A DNA stretch of 20,000 nt from an uncultured virus (IMG/VR IMGVR_UViG_3300017774_008765) (taxonomy: Duplodnaviria > Heunggongvirae > Uroviricota > Caudoviricetes). The notes beneath the pieces were generated by a model. The model was not told where the DNA came from. It saw only the letters and a program-made list of their open reading frames with translations, and ran no database searches. Position numbers and translations under genes: made by a program. Below, piece after piece: positions 1-8,037 of the stretch (position 1 is the stretch's first letter; every line of letters begins with the position of its first letter). The stretch lies in IMG/VR virus record IMGVR_UViG_3300017774_008765; one strand, given 5' to 3'.

Positions 1-428
1 TCGTCGAACCCGACGTCGTGGAGGTACAGCAGCTCCTCCGAGAACCCCGCGGCCACAAGGGACACAGGGCACTGCTCGTAGAGGCCCAGCAATTTCTCCG
101 GCAACGGGTACGGCGTCTCGAACAGACGCTCGGATTGCGTGACCGGAATCCGCTGCTCCGTCTTGACGAGGAACGGACGCACGGTCTCCATGACCGTGTC
201 GATCGCCGTCGGAGAGGAGCCGAGACGCTTGAGCAGCGCGGGAAGCCCGCCTCCCCCGCAGCCCGCGAAGCAGTACCACTGCCCCGTAGCCGCGTTGAAC
301 GAGAAGGAGGGCTTGCTCTGACCGGGGACCTCCCCGTGCAGGGGACAGTACCCCATCCAGTTGGTTCCCGAGCCCGGCCGCAGTCCGGGGATGCGCTGCT
401 GCGCAACCCGGACGACGGCACCGCTCAC
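1..428 (-). CDS. DNA primase, N-terminal part (CHC2 zinc-binding domain, DnaG-like); truncated by the window edge
   Basis: Manual translation from GTG at 428, overlapping the helicase stop (GTGA): MSGAVVRVAQQRIPGLRPGSGTNWMGYCPLHGEVPGQSKPSFSFNAATGQWYCFAGCGGGG..., matching the CPxH...PSF...WYCFxxC primase Zn finger. Frame stays open to the window edge. Directly follows a DnaB-like helicase. Confidence 0.88.
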   Translation of the reverse strand, partial: MSGAVVRVAQQRIPGLRPGSGTNWMGYCPLHGEVPGQSKPSFSFNAATGQWYCFAGCGGGGLPALLKRLGSSPTAIDTVMETVRPFLVKTEQRIPVTQSERLFETPYPLPEKLLGLYEQCPVSLVAAGFSEELLYLHDVGFD

Positions 429-1822
429 AGACGGAACATCGGCGTCCGCGGAGGACGCTTCTCTCCGCTGGAGAGGTTGTTCGGACGGCCGCCTCCCGGC
501 CCCGGCGGCGGGGCCTCCCCGTCCTGCCGGGACTTGTCCGCAAGGAACGCGCGAACGTCCACGTTGGACTGGAGCAGCGAGAAGTCCGCGCCCGGCACCG
601 CGTTGATGAGGAACGGGTTGAGCTGCGCCTCACGCATGCCGGGGAACGTCAGCATGACCGCACAGCGCCCCGTCGGCCCACGCCCACGGAAGCACCGCAT
701 GATCATGTCGGCGTCCTGGCCGATCGCGTCGGAGCCGGCCAGCTCCGCGAGATCGTCGCCCTGCGACTTGTTCGCTTCCCGGTTGGCCTGGGTGGTGCCC
801 AGCACCGGCACCTTCAGCGCGCGAGCCATCAGCTTGAGATCCTGGCTGATGTGCGCGATGTTCTTCCAGTCCGCCGTGCGGGTGTTCGTCCGACCGTCAC
901 GCATCAGGTAGAACGCGTCGCACACGACCAGATCCGCCCCGAACTTCTCGGCCTTGGCGGTCAGCGTGTCCACCGAGCCACCCTTCTTGTCGGTGTCCCC
1001 GATGAAGCACAGCGCCCGCTTCCGGGTGCCGTCCTGCGTCTGGTTCTCGATGTTCGTCAGCTCGTCGAGGATGTCGAAGAACTCGAGTTCCTTCGCCTGC
1101 GGCAGCTTCGCCGTGCGGAGCAGCTCGTAGTCCACCCCGCAGATGACCGACGCAGCGCGGCGAAGCATCGCCTCCCGGCTCATCTCTTTGGAGTAGACGA
1201 GCACGCGGCGGTTCTGCTCGTAGGCGTGGGCGGCGATGGCCGTCGCCACCCACGACTTCATGTTCTTCGGCCGACCGTAGAGCACGATCAGCTCCTCCGG
1301 CTGCATCCCACAGGTGGCCGTGTTCAGCGGCTCCCACGGGTAGGGGATGCCGGTGATGCCGCCGGCGATCTGCTTCGTCGCGTACTCCTGCCGCAGCAGT
1401 CCGGCCGCGTTGGAGATCAGGAGCCCGTCGTTGTCCGCCGAGGTCGCGTTCAGGTCCCGCAGCTTCGGCAGGTACGCCGAGAGCACCGCGAACGGGTCTT
1501 CCCCGGAGTTGAGGAGGTCCGTCATCTCCATCGTCGCCTGCTCCATCTCCACCCGCATGCGCGTGGAGAGGATGTCGTGGATCAGCGCGTCGACCGAGTT
1601 CCGGCTGGGCCGGTAGTCGAAGTTCGGGAAGTGCCGCCGCAAGCGGTCGGCGTCCGGCACCTCTCCCGGATGCGCAGGACTGTGGAACTGCTCCCACATC
1701 CACCGGAAGACCAGGCGGCCCTCCTCCGTCAGAAAAGACTCCGGCGTCAGCCCGCGCTTGCGGACCGCGCTGAAGTCACCGGTAGCAACCACGTTGCTGA
1801 TCAGTTCGAGTTCTGCGTTCAC
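425..1822 (-). CDS. Replicative DNA helicase, DnaB/SF4 family (465 aa)
   Basis: GITGIPYPWEPLN, Walker-A-like GRPKNMKS, H1a SKEMS, Walker B VVCD, ISQDLKLMARALKVPV, TQANRE and LAGSDAIGQDAD match DnaB motifs H1-H4. Confidence 0.93.
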   Translation of the reverse strand: MNAELELISNVVATGDFSAVRKRGLTPESFLTEEGRLVFRWMWEQFHSPAHPGEVPDADRLRRHFPNFDYRPSRNSVDALIHDILSTRMRVEMEQATMEMTDLLNSGEDPFAVLSAYLPKLRDLNATSADNDGLLISNAAGLLRQEYATKQIAGGITGIPYPWEPLNTATCGMQPEELIVLYGRPKNMKSWVATAIAAHAYEQNRRVLVYSKEMSREAMLRRAASVICGVDYELLRTAKLPQAKELEFFDILDELTNIENQTQDGTRKRALCFIGDTDKKGGSVDTLTAKAEKFGADLVVCDAFYLMRDGRTNTRTADWKNIAHISQDLKLMARALKVPVLGTTQANREANKSQGDDLAELAGSDAIGQDADMIMRCFRGRGPTGRCAVMLTFPGMREAQLNPFLINAVPGADFSLLQSNVDVRAFLADKSRQDGEAPPPGPGGGRPNNLSSGEKRPPRTPMFRL

Positions 1823-2098
1823 TCATAGCTCCCAGTCTGGTTCAGGGGCCCCCGGGCCTGTAGGGACGTTCGAACGCTCTTCCAGTCCCGCACCCGTGTG
1901 CAGTCCTGCTTCCACGGCCTCAAGGAAGGCGAGCGCTCGTTCCATTACGAGATCGTCCGCGAGCGGGGTCTCCCCCATCGCGAGCGGGCCGGTGAAGGCC
2001 TCGTTCGCGAGGTGGACAGTGTACCGCGCGCGCACGGTCACGAGTCCAGTGGGAAGACGCGTGATCATGACTTCGGTCGGTTCAATCGTCACTTTCAT
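1823..2098 (-). CDS. Hypothetical protein (91 aa)
   Basis: Fills the operon gap exactly. ATGA overlap with the upstream gene, and its stop abuts the helicase start. Confidence 0.7.
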   Translation of the reverse strand: MKVTIEPTEVMITRLPTGLVTVRARYTVHLANEAFTGPLAMGETPLADDLVMERALAFLEAVEAGLHTGAGLEERSNVPTGPGAPEPDWEL

Positions 2099-2430
2099 TT
2101 GCGGTGACTCGCGTCGTACGCGTCGCCCGCCATCCGGTGCGCGCCGGTGATCATCTCCTGCACGAGCATCGCGGCGACCTCGTAGGCCTCCCGGACGGTC
2201 GGCTCATCTTGCCGGCAGGCGAGGCTCACGGAGACGAACGCCCCGAAGGCGTTGCCGTAGTTGTTGTCCTTCATGTCCATCGACACTGTCACCCGAGCCG
2301 CTCCGGTCGCATCAAGCGACCGGAGGGCATCGGGAGGCAGGGCGATCTCTTCGGCAGAGAGGTTTCTCTCCTCCACCTTCTCCGGCTGTCCGGGAACCCG
2401 GATGGCCTGGCGAGATCGCCCGGGGATCAC
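2095..2430 (-). CDS. Hypothetical protein (111 aa)
   Basis: 4-nt start/stop overlaps at both ends and a protein-like composition (beta-strand then helix pattern). Confidence 0.75.
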   Translation of the reverse strand: MIPGRSRQAIRVPGQPEKVEERNLSAEEIALPPDALRSLDATGAARVTVSMDMKDNNYGNAFGAFVSVSLACRQDEPTVREAYEVAAMLVQEMITGAHRMAGDAYDASHRK

Positions 2431-2858
2431 TTCAGGTCCTTGGGCAGAGTGACGCGGGGCGTCATCTCGACCTTCTGGAGGTACTCCCCGTACACGGCGC
2501 GCAGCTCTCCGGGGAGCCGCTCCATCTGGTCGGCGCGGGCCTCGTAGTACAGCAGGCCGTACTCGACGAGCTGCTTGATGTCGCCGCGCTCCGTGGCGCG
2601 GGAGACCAGCGAGCCCACGTCCACCTTCGTGCTGGTGGGCACCTTCACGTCGAACTTCCGGCCGAGCAGGTCCACCGTGGAGCGGCCCTTGCGCAGCAGA
2701 TCCTCGACCTTCGTGCGGGTCTGCTCGGCCTCCCCGCGGAGCTCGTCGATGCGCGCGTACTCCTCCGGGTGGAGGGCCTTGAGCTCCGCGAAGATCGCGG
2801 CTTCTTCTTCCTTCAGGTTGACCAGTTCAGCGATGGCCTTGGCCAGTTCTTCGGTCAT
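2427..2858 (-). CDS. Hypothetical protein with N-terminal coiled coil (143 aa)
   Basis: Heptad-like E/L/K-rich N-terminus, strong GC3 codon bias and 4-nt overlaps with both neighbours. Confidence 0.8.
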   Translation of the reverse strand: MTEELAKAIAELVNLKEEEAAIFAELKALHPEEYARIDELRGEAEQTRTKVEDLLRKGRSTVDLLGRKFDVKVPTSTKVDVGSLVSRATERGDIKQLVEYGLLYYEARADQMERLPGELRAVYGEYLQKVEMTPRVTLPKDLK

Positions 2859-3613
2859 TTGTCGTAGGTCTCCGGACGGTGTGGAAAGCTGGATGCGAAC
2901 AAGTCGCGGTACTCCTCGTTCAACAGGGCAACGGCGTGCTTGAGGTCCTGGACCGTCTTGTACGTTTCGCCCTTCTTCTCAGCGACCAGCTGGTGATCGC
3001 CCTTCTTCAGCAAGTGACTCGGCGGGAGGAGCACCATCACCGGGTAGCGGGCCGAGCCGCCGTGCGGAGAGGGGACGACTACGTCGAGGATCTCACCCCG
3101 CTTGTCCATCGGAGAGATGCTCTTCCCCACGAGCGCGCTGGCCGCCGTCTTGCCGAATGCGAGCACGAGGAGCGGATCGACGGCGTAGATCGTCTCCATC
3201 AACCGCGTCCGGCAGTTGCCCAGTTCCGTCGAGGTCGGCGGCCGTCCTTCCGGCGTGCGGCACAGGACCGCGTTCGTCCAGAAGATGTGCCGGTCGAGGT
3301 AGCTGCGCAGGGCGTAGAAGTACTCGACGTACGCCTCATCGCTCTGCGCGCCCATCACGCGGATCTCCTCCATCTCTGGCGTCTTCGGCCAGACCATCGC
3401 CAGCATTTCCATCAGTAGCCGCCCCGAACGGCCGGCGAACGGCACGCCCTGGTGGTCTTCCTCTTCGCCTGGAACCTCCCCGATGATGAGGAGGTCGGCG
3501 CTCGTGCTGCCGGAGCCGAACACCACCTGGGACCGGCTCCGGCACAGGACCGGGCAGGCCTCGCACCGCGCGTAGGAGGTGAACAGGGCTTCGACCGCAG
3601 GCAGCCCCCTCAT
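2855..3613 (-). CDS. Uracil-DNA glycosylase, family-4-like (putative [4Fe-4S]), with atypical motif B
   Basis: CEAC...VVFGSG...IIGEVPGEEED..GVPFAGRSG...NAVLCRTP...C matches family 4 UDG motif A and the four cluster cysteines. The motif B position reads LPPSHLL instead of HP(A/S)xxL. Confidence 0.9.
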   Translation of the reverse strand: MRGLPAVEALFTSYARCEACPVLCRSRSQVVFGSGSTSADLLIIGEVPGEEEDHQGVPFAGRSGRLLMEMLAMVWPKTPEMEEIRVMGAQSDEAYVEYFYALRSYLDRHIFWTNAVLCRTPEGRPPTSTELGNCRTRLMETIYAVDPLLVLAFGKTAASALVGKSISPMDKRGEILDVVVPSPHGGSARYPVMVLLPPSHLLKKGDHQLVAEKKGETYKTVQDLKHAVALLNEEYRDLFASSFPHRPETYDK

Positions 3614-3948
3614 GCGCCGAACAGGCCGGGCAGGAGAATACTGCGCCGTGCCGTCATCATCTCGTAGGTGCGGATGAGATCCGCGTCGGTCTCTGCCGTG
3701 TAGTGCGCAGAGAGCGGAAGGTGCAGCCGCACCGGTCCCTGCGCGGGCAGGAGCGGCGCGGGCATGACCCCCACCGCCCCGCGGGCGGGGTCGGTCATCT
3801 GGAAGCGGAGCTCGATGGTGTCGACCAACACCAGCGTCTCCTTCGTCTTCTCGGCCAGAACCCCCACCAACGTCTTGCCCTGGTAGAACACGACGGTGAG
3901 GTCTTTCAGGTACGCGCCAGCGGGTTGCGGCGACGATTCGCGGTCCAT
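3610..3948 (-). CDS. Hypothetical 112-aa protein, possibly Sm/LSm-like fold
   Basis: Likely start is ATG 3948 with an AGGAG RBS. The sequence (VVFYQGKTLVGVL...LVLVDTIEL...YEMMTARRSILLPG) has an Sm1-like beta pattern. The longer 341-aa ORF call is a shadow extension. Confidence 0.7.
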   Translation of the reverse strand: MDRESSPQPAGAYLKDLTVVFYQGKTLVGVLAEKTKETLVLVDTIELRFQMTDPARGAVGVMPAPLLPAQGPVRLHLPLSAHYTAETDADLIRTYEMMTARRSILLPGLFGA

Positions 3949-5309
3949 GTAGTACTCCTGAAGGGAAACTTCTGCTGTTTCAAAAAGCCGAGGACACTGA
4001 ACGTCAGCCCGGCGGCTTCCGGGATGTTGCGATCGAGGAACAGGATCACTTCCGGCGTGCGCTTGCCGGGCGCGGCGCGCTGCACCCGCCCGATCGCCTG
4101 CCGAAGCTGGGGCGCCTCGGCGTAACCGTCTGCTGCCAGCGGTGTGAGTACAAAAAGCGAGTCCAGGTCCTTCCGGTTGTACGCCTCGGTGGCGACTCCG
4201 AACGTGGCGAAGACCAGCTTGCTGCTGTTGAGCTGCTTCAAGCGCTCCTTGCTCGGAGTCTCCCCGGTAATAAGCCCGCTTCCGGGGTACTGCTGGCTCC
4301 ACCAACGGACGTGCTCGACGACGTGACTCAGCGCGAAGACCGTACGCCCCGCCGCTATCGCTTCGTCGAGCCGAACCCTTATGGCGGCGTTCCGTTCTTC
4401 GTTGCGTCCGAGCCATGCGCGGAGGAGTCCGATGTGCCGTTCTCCACTGCGATCGGTGACCTCGCGCTCGGCCTTGTCGTCGATCGTCGTGTCCAGCTCG
4501 AGGACCTCGACCTCGGGGATCATCTCCTGCGCGTCGTCGCTGAAGAGGATTGGCCCGATGTGCGAGAGGAAGATTCCCTCGCTCCGGTCGATCCGCTTCG
4601 GAGTGGCGGTGAGCCCGAAACGGTTCCCCATGCACACGTCCGCACTCTTCACGTAGAACGAGGCGGACATGTGATGGACCTCGTCGAAGATCACCGTTCC
4701 GAAGCGGGTCGCGAAGTCCTCGGGAAGCTCCCCCGCTTCGGCGCGGCCCGCGAGGGTCTGCACCGTCGCCAGCACGACCTCGTGCTCGTAGTCCATCTTT
4801 CCGTCGCCGATGCGACCAATCTTCCCGTCGAGAAGGAAGTAGTTGTTCAGCTCGGACTCCCAGTTGTCCAGATGCGCCCCCTGCGGAGAGACGATGAGCG
4901 TCGCCTTGCCCGCGTGGGCCGCCTTGTAAAGCCCCATGATCGTCTTGCCCGCACCGCAGGCCAGATGGAGGATTCCATTCTCTGCCTTAGAGAACACCTC
5001 CCACGCGGGGACCTGCCGCTCACGCAGCTGGAACCCCGGACGGGGGCGCAGCGAGCTGCCGGGAAATTCCTTGGGGCGAAGATCCACCACGGGAATCCCC
5101 ATTTCCTCCTCGATCTGCGCCCGCGTCAGGAACGCGCGAGGCACCTCGATGTGGTTCGGGTGCTCGATGACCAGCACCCTCGGCTCGTTTGACCGGTCGA
5201 GACCGAAGGTCAGAGCCCCGCGAACGGGGCCCTCGGCGATGCGCGTCCTGGGGAGGTACAAGGACGCGGCAACGTATGCCTTGTCGGAGTCCAGGCGCGG
5301 AAACTTCAT
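3906..5309 (-). CDS. Superfamily 2 DEAD/DEAH-box helicase (XPB/Rad25/UvsW-like, 467 aa)
   Basis: Q motif LRERQ, Walker A ACGAGKT, DEVHH, motif III GLTATP, motif V-like TEAYN..DLD and motif VI QAIGRVQR. Confidence 0.93.
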   Translation of the reverse strand: MKFPRLDSDKAYVAASLYLPRTRIAEGPVRGALTFGLDRSNEPRVLVIEHPNHIEVPRAFLTRAQIEEEMGIPVVDLRPKEFPGSSLRPRPGFQLRERQVPAWEVFSKAENGILHLACGAGKTIMGLYKAAHAGKATLIVSPQGAHLDNWESELNNYFLLDGKIGRIGDGKMDYEHEVVLATVQTLAGRAEAGELPEDFATRFGTVIFDEVHHMSASFYVKSADVCMGNRFGLTATPKRIDRSEGIFLSHIGPILFSDDAQEMIPEVEVLELDTTIDDKAEREVTDRSGERHIGLLRAWLGRNEERNAAIRVRLDEAIAAGRTVFALSHVVEHVRWWSQQYPGSGLITGETPSKERLKQLNSSKLVFATFGVATEAYNRKDLDSLFVLTPLAADGYAEAPQLRQAIGRVQRAAPGKRTPEVILFLDRNIPEAAGLTFSVLGFLKQQKFPFRSTTWTANRRRNPLART

Positions 5310-5312
5310 GGG

Positions 5313-5792
5313 CTACCTCTGAAACGGATTTGGATACCGGCGGCGGGGAATGGACCGTACGCCAAACACCGCTTCCTGAAGGACGGCTTCTACGGCGCTG
5401 AGAAAGCCGTTCTGCGCAAGCGCGCCCATGAACGTATCGCCGTCCTGCACGGCAAGGCGGCTGGCATCCGGGGGCGGCGCGTAGACCTGCTGCGCGTAGG
5501 GGGGTTGCTGCGTCGAGTACGTCGGGCGGATGACCTGCGCGGTCGGTGTGCCGGTTGTGGCGATCGGCGGGGCATACGTGGGAACGGCGGCTGTGGGAGC
5601 CGTGACGTAGCCACGGCTGATCGCGTTCAGCTTCTGTTCGACGTGGTACCGACAGCTGCCCTTGACGGGGCAAACGCGGCACGTCGAATCCTCATCGCTA
5701 TACTGGCTCGGGTTCGAGTAGCATTCCGGCTTCGTGGCCACGGGCGCCGCGCTCTGGCCGAAATTCTTTCCATAGAGTCCGTCTGACGGCAA
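5313..5792 (-). CDS. Hypothetical protein with a 4-Cys metal-binding motif and P/T/Q-rich linker (159 aa); first gene of the replication operon
   Basis: TTG start with a GGAGG RBS. Motif CY-x13-CRVC-x5-C. Confidence 0.75.
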   Translation of the reverse strand: MPSDGLYGKNFGQSAAPVATKPECYSNPSQYSDEDSTCRVCPVKGSCRYHVEQKLNAISRGYVTAPTAAVPTYAPPIATTGTPTAQVIRPTYSTQQPPYAQQVYAPPPDASRLAVQDGDTFMGALAQNGFLSAVEAVLQEAVFGVRSIPRRRYPNPFQR

Positions 5793-5811
5793 CTTACCTC
5801 CGGTTGCCCCC

Positions 5812-5826
5812 TCTTATGTCGTAATC
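5812..5826 (-). promoter_or_regulatory. Conserved 15-nt motif GATTACGACATAAGA; candidate phage promoter, copy 1
   Basis: 13/15 identical to 11129-11143, same orientation, 19 nt upstream of the first gene of a minus-strand operon. Confidence 0.6.
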
Positions 5827-5865
5827 TCCCTCGTCCTCTCCCTCGTTCGGCGCGTTGCGAACGAG
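5825..5865. repeat. Direct repeat TCTCCCTCGT x2 (5825-5834, 5837-5846) overlapping a perfect 8-bp inverted repeat CTCGTTCG-N8-CGAACGAG (5842-5865)
   Basis: Read directly from the divergent intergenic region. Confidence 0.7.
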
Positions 5866-5871
5866 TATGAT
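5866..5871 (+). promoter_or_regulatory. Sigma70-like -10 hexamer TATGAT upstream of the virion operon
   Basis: 5/6 match to TATAAT in high-GC DNA, followed by an AGAGGA RBS and GTG at 5895. No clear -35 element. Confidence 0.4.
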
Positions 5872-5894
5872 AGGCGGAAAAAGAGGAACCATCC

Positions 5895-6506
5895 GTGAAC
5901 GTCTACGATACCCTCCGCGACCTCGAGGCCTGTTGGCACGAGCTGGACTCCTACGATCGACACGCCTACGCGGTGACCGCCGTGAAGGAGGCGAGCGCGC
6001 AAGGGGCGGACGTGCCGGCGGAGATTTCCCGCTATGGCGGAGAAACCCTCAGCCCGCTCTTCGCCGAGCGGATGCGGGATCGCCAGTCCTTCGCGGCCGA
6101 CGAAGCGCTCGCCAGCGCGTACGCGCGGCTGGGCAAGGTCGCCTCGGCCCTGCCGACGGAAGAAGTCGTTCGCGTCCTGTTCACGCTCGACGATGTCGCG
6201 GGCCTCATCCCTCGCTACGGCCAGCGGATCCCCGATCCGCACCTCTGTGTCTACGAGGTGCAGAAGGAGGCGAACGGCTGGTCGTGGATCCACGGAGGCC
6301 TGATGGTCAACGAGGACCAGCTGCGTCGGTTCGCGTTGATCCCGAACCGGAAGATCCTCGAGGACCTGTTCCCAGAGGAGCTCGTCACGCAGTTCCGCGC
6401 TGATCCGCTTCCCACCTTCGAGTCGTTGCCCGAGGAGCTCAAGATCCTTCTGGCGCGGATGGCGACCCAGTCGGGCACCCGCAACGACGGCGGCCTCCGG
6501 GCATGA
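5895..6506 (+). CDS. Hypothetical protein (203 aa), probably virion/head-associated
   Basis: GTG start with RBS and GC3 bias. First gene of the portal operon. Contains repeated K-x-A motifs (VKEAS, GKVAS, QKEAN). Confidence 0.8.
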   Translation: MNVYDTLRDLEACWHELDSYDRHAYAVTAVKEASAQGADVPAEISRYGGETLSPLFAERMRDRQSFAADEALASAYARLGKVASALPTEEVVRVLFTLDDVAGLIPRYGQRIPDPHLCVYEVQKEANGWSWIHGGLMVNEDQLRRFALIPNRKILEDLFPEELVTQFRADPLPTFESLPEELKILLARMATQSGTRNDGGLRA

Positions 6507-7297
6507 TCTCCCTAAGCGACGAGAACCTCTCGCCCGTCGTGCTGTTCTTCTTCCTGACGAAGAAGTACGGACACGAGTGGATGAGCTGGGCGCCGGATCC
6601 CCTGCGGCACACGCTGGAGACGGACTTCAAGACGACCGTCGCGAAGAAGAATCTCAACCGAGCCCTCGCCATGGCCGTGCTCGCCACACGCGACACGTTC
6701 TTCGACAGCTGGGAGGCCTTCCACTTCCTCGTTCCCGCGCTCATCGTGGGCGTGCCCTCCGCCGACACGATGCAGGAACACACGGTCGGCGAGATGATGG
6801 CCGCCGTGGATGACGCGCTCTACCTGCGCACGCACCTCGACACGCTCGTACCCGTGCCGAAGTTCGCGGAGACGGTGGCGCGCTACGTGGCGGCGCACGC
6901 GAAGAACCAGGGGGTCTGGTATCTCCCGGAGCCGCTCGCCTTCGCCGCGGACTACTCGGCGGGGAAGAAGTACCGCTGCAAGGACTGCGGGAACGAGGGC
7001 GAAGTCCTGTTCGACGATGGGCTCTGCGACACCTGCGTCCACCGCTTCGACACCGAAACCCTCGGTGCGTGGCGGCCGGATCCCGAGGCGATGGCCCGCG
7101 GCCTGGGACGGAACACGGAGCTCTTCTTCGAGAACCCGCCGCAGGGAGCGCAGGCCCGCTTTCTCTTGCTCACGCGGGATCCCGCGCAGTACACGGGCTC
7201 GCAGGATGACGTCTGCGCCGCGAAGCTGGTAGAGGCCCTCGACTACGTCAACGCGCGGCGCATGCTGCGAGACCGCGCCCTGAAGGGGATCTCATGA
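6503..7297 (+). CDS. Hypothetical protein with a CxxC-x12-CxxC zinc ribbon (264 aa)
   Basis: YRCKDCGNEGEVLFDDGLCDTC; ATGA overlaps at both ends. Confidence 0.85.
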   Translation: MISLSDENLSPVVLFFFLTKKYGHEWMSWAPDPLRHTLETDFKTTVAKKNLNRALAMAVLATRDTFFDSWEAFHFLVPALIVGVPSADTMQEHTVGEMMAAVDDALYLRTHLDTLVPVPKFAETVARYVAAHAKNQGVWYLPEPLAFAADYSAGKKYRCKDCGNEGEVLFDDGLCDTCVHRFDTETLGAWRPDPEAMARGLGRNTELFFENPPQGAQARFLLLTRDPAQYTGSQDDVCAAKLVEALDYVNARRMLRDRALKGIS

Positions 7298-8037
7298 GCC
7301 TGCACCCGCACGCTCTCCGCGCTTTCGCGGACGAGCTGAGCAAGATCGCAAACACCTCGGGCGTTTCCGAGATCGGCCGGGGGCGCGAGTTCCTTGATGC
7401 GGTTCAGGACACGCCCCGCTCCGCCGGCCGGCTGTTGAACCCGATGACGATAAAGAACGAGGTCCAGGACATCTGGAAGGGGACCTCGAACCAGTCGTCC
7501 AACAACCGGGCCCTCCTCGCCGACGAGGTCTCCTCCGCCAACGAGGCGTTGGCGAAGGCCGGCAAGGGCGGGAAGTACGTGGACGACGTGCTGCACAACC
7601 AGACCGCCGTGGGCAAGCTTCGCCGGGGTGGCTGGCTCGCGAACTTCGGGAAGTACGAGGGCGGCAGCACGTTCCTGAAGGCGCGCAATGCGGTTGCCCG
7701 TGCTCTTCCGGGACAGCGCACGGTCGGCGTGGGGTTCACCGCGCTGGGCGTGCACTCCGATCTCCAGAAGCGGGACGCGACGGGCCGCGAACGCGGCGGC
7801 GCCGAACGCCTGCTCGGCGCGGGCGGAAACCTCGTGGGCGGCGTCGCCGGACTGAACCCGGTCGCGACGCGGCGCATGCTCCCCGGAAGCGGTCAGCGCT
7901 TCTTCGGCGGGGGCGCGGGATCTCTCGTCGGCGGCATGGCCACGCAGATGGCGCTCGGCGGCGCTGGGCGGTTCGCCGGCCGCAAGATCGATGAGATGCG
8001 CGGCTTCAAGCCCACCCCGCCCCCGGAGACCCCGTGA
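7294..8037 (+). CDS. Gly-rich basic protein with glycine-zipper-like segments and an N-terminal AFADELSKIA motif (247 aa); candidate internal virion protein
   Basis: LLGAGGNLVGGVAG and GGGAGSLVGGMATQMALGGAG segments; coupled to the portal by a GTGA overlap. Confidence 0.75.
   Translation: MSLHPHALRAFADELSKIANTSGVSEIGRGREFLDAVQDTPRSAGRLLNPMTIKNEVQDIWKGTSNQSSNNRALLADEVSSANEALAKAGKGGKYVDDVLHNQTAVGKLRRGGWLANFGKYEGGSTFLKARNAVARALPGQRTVGVGFTALGVHSDLQKRDATGRERGGAERLLGAGGNLVGGVAGLNPVATRRMLPGSGQRFFGGGAGSLVGGMATQMALGGAGRFAGRKIDEMRGFKPTPPPETP

Noticed and set aside
18..911. 297-aa plus-strand ORF
   Set aside because: Antisense to the primase and helicase, which carry clear motifs.
3949..4635. Upstream part of the 341-aa ORF (3610-4635)
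   Set aside because: Alternative frame inside the SF2 helicase. The likely start is ATG 3948 with an AGGAG RBS.
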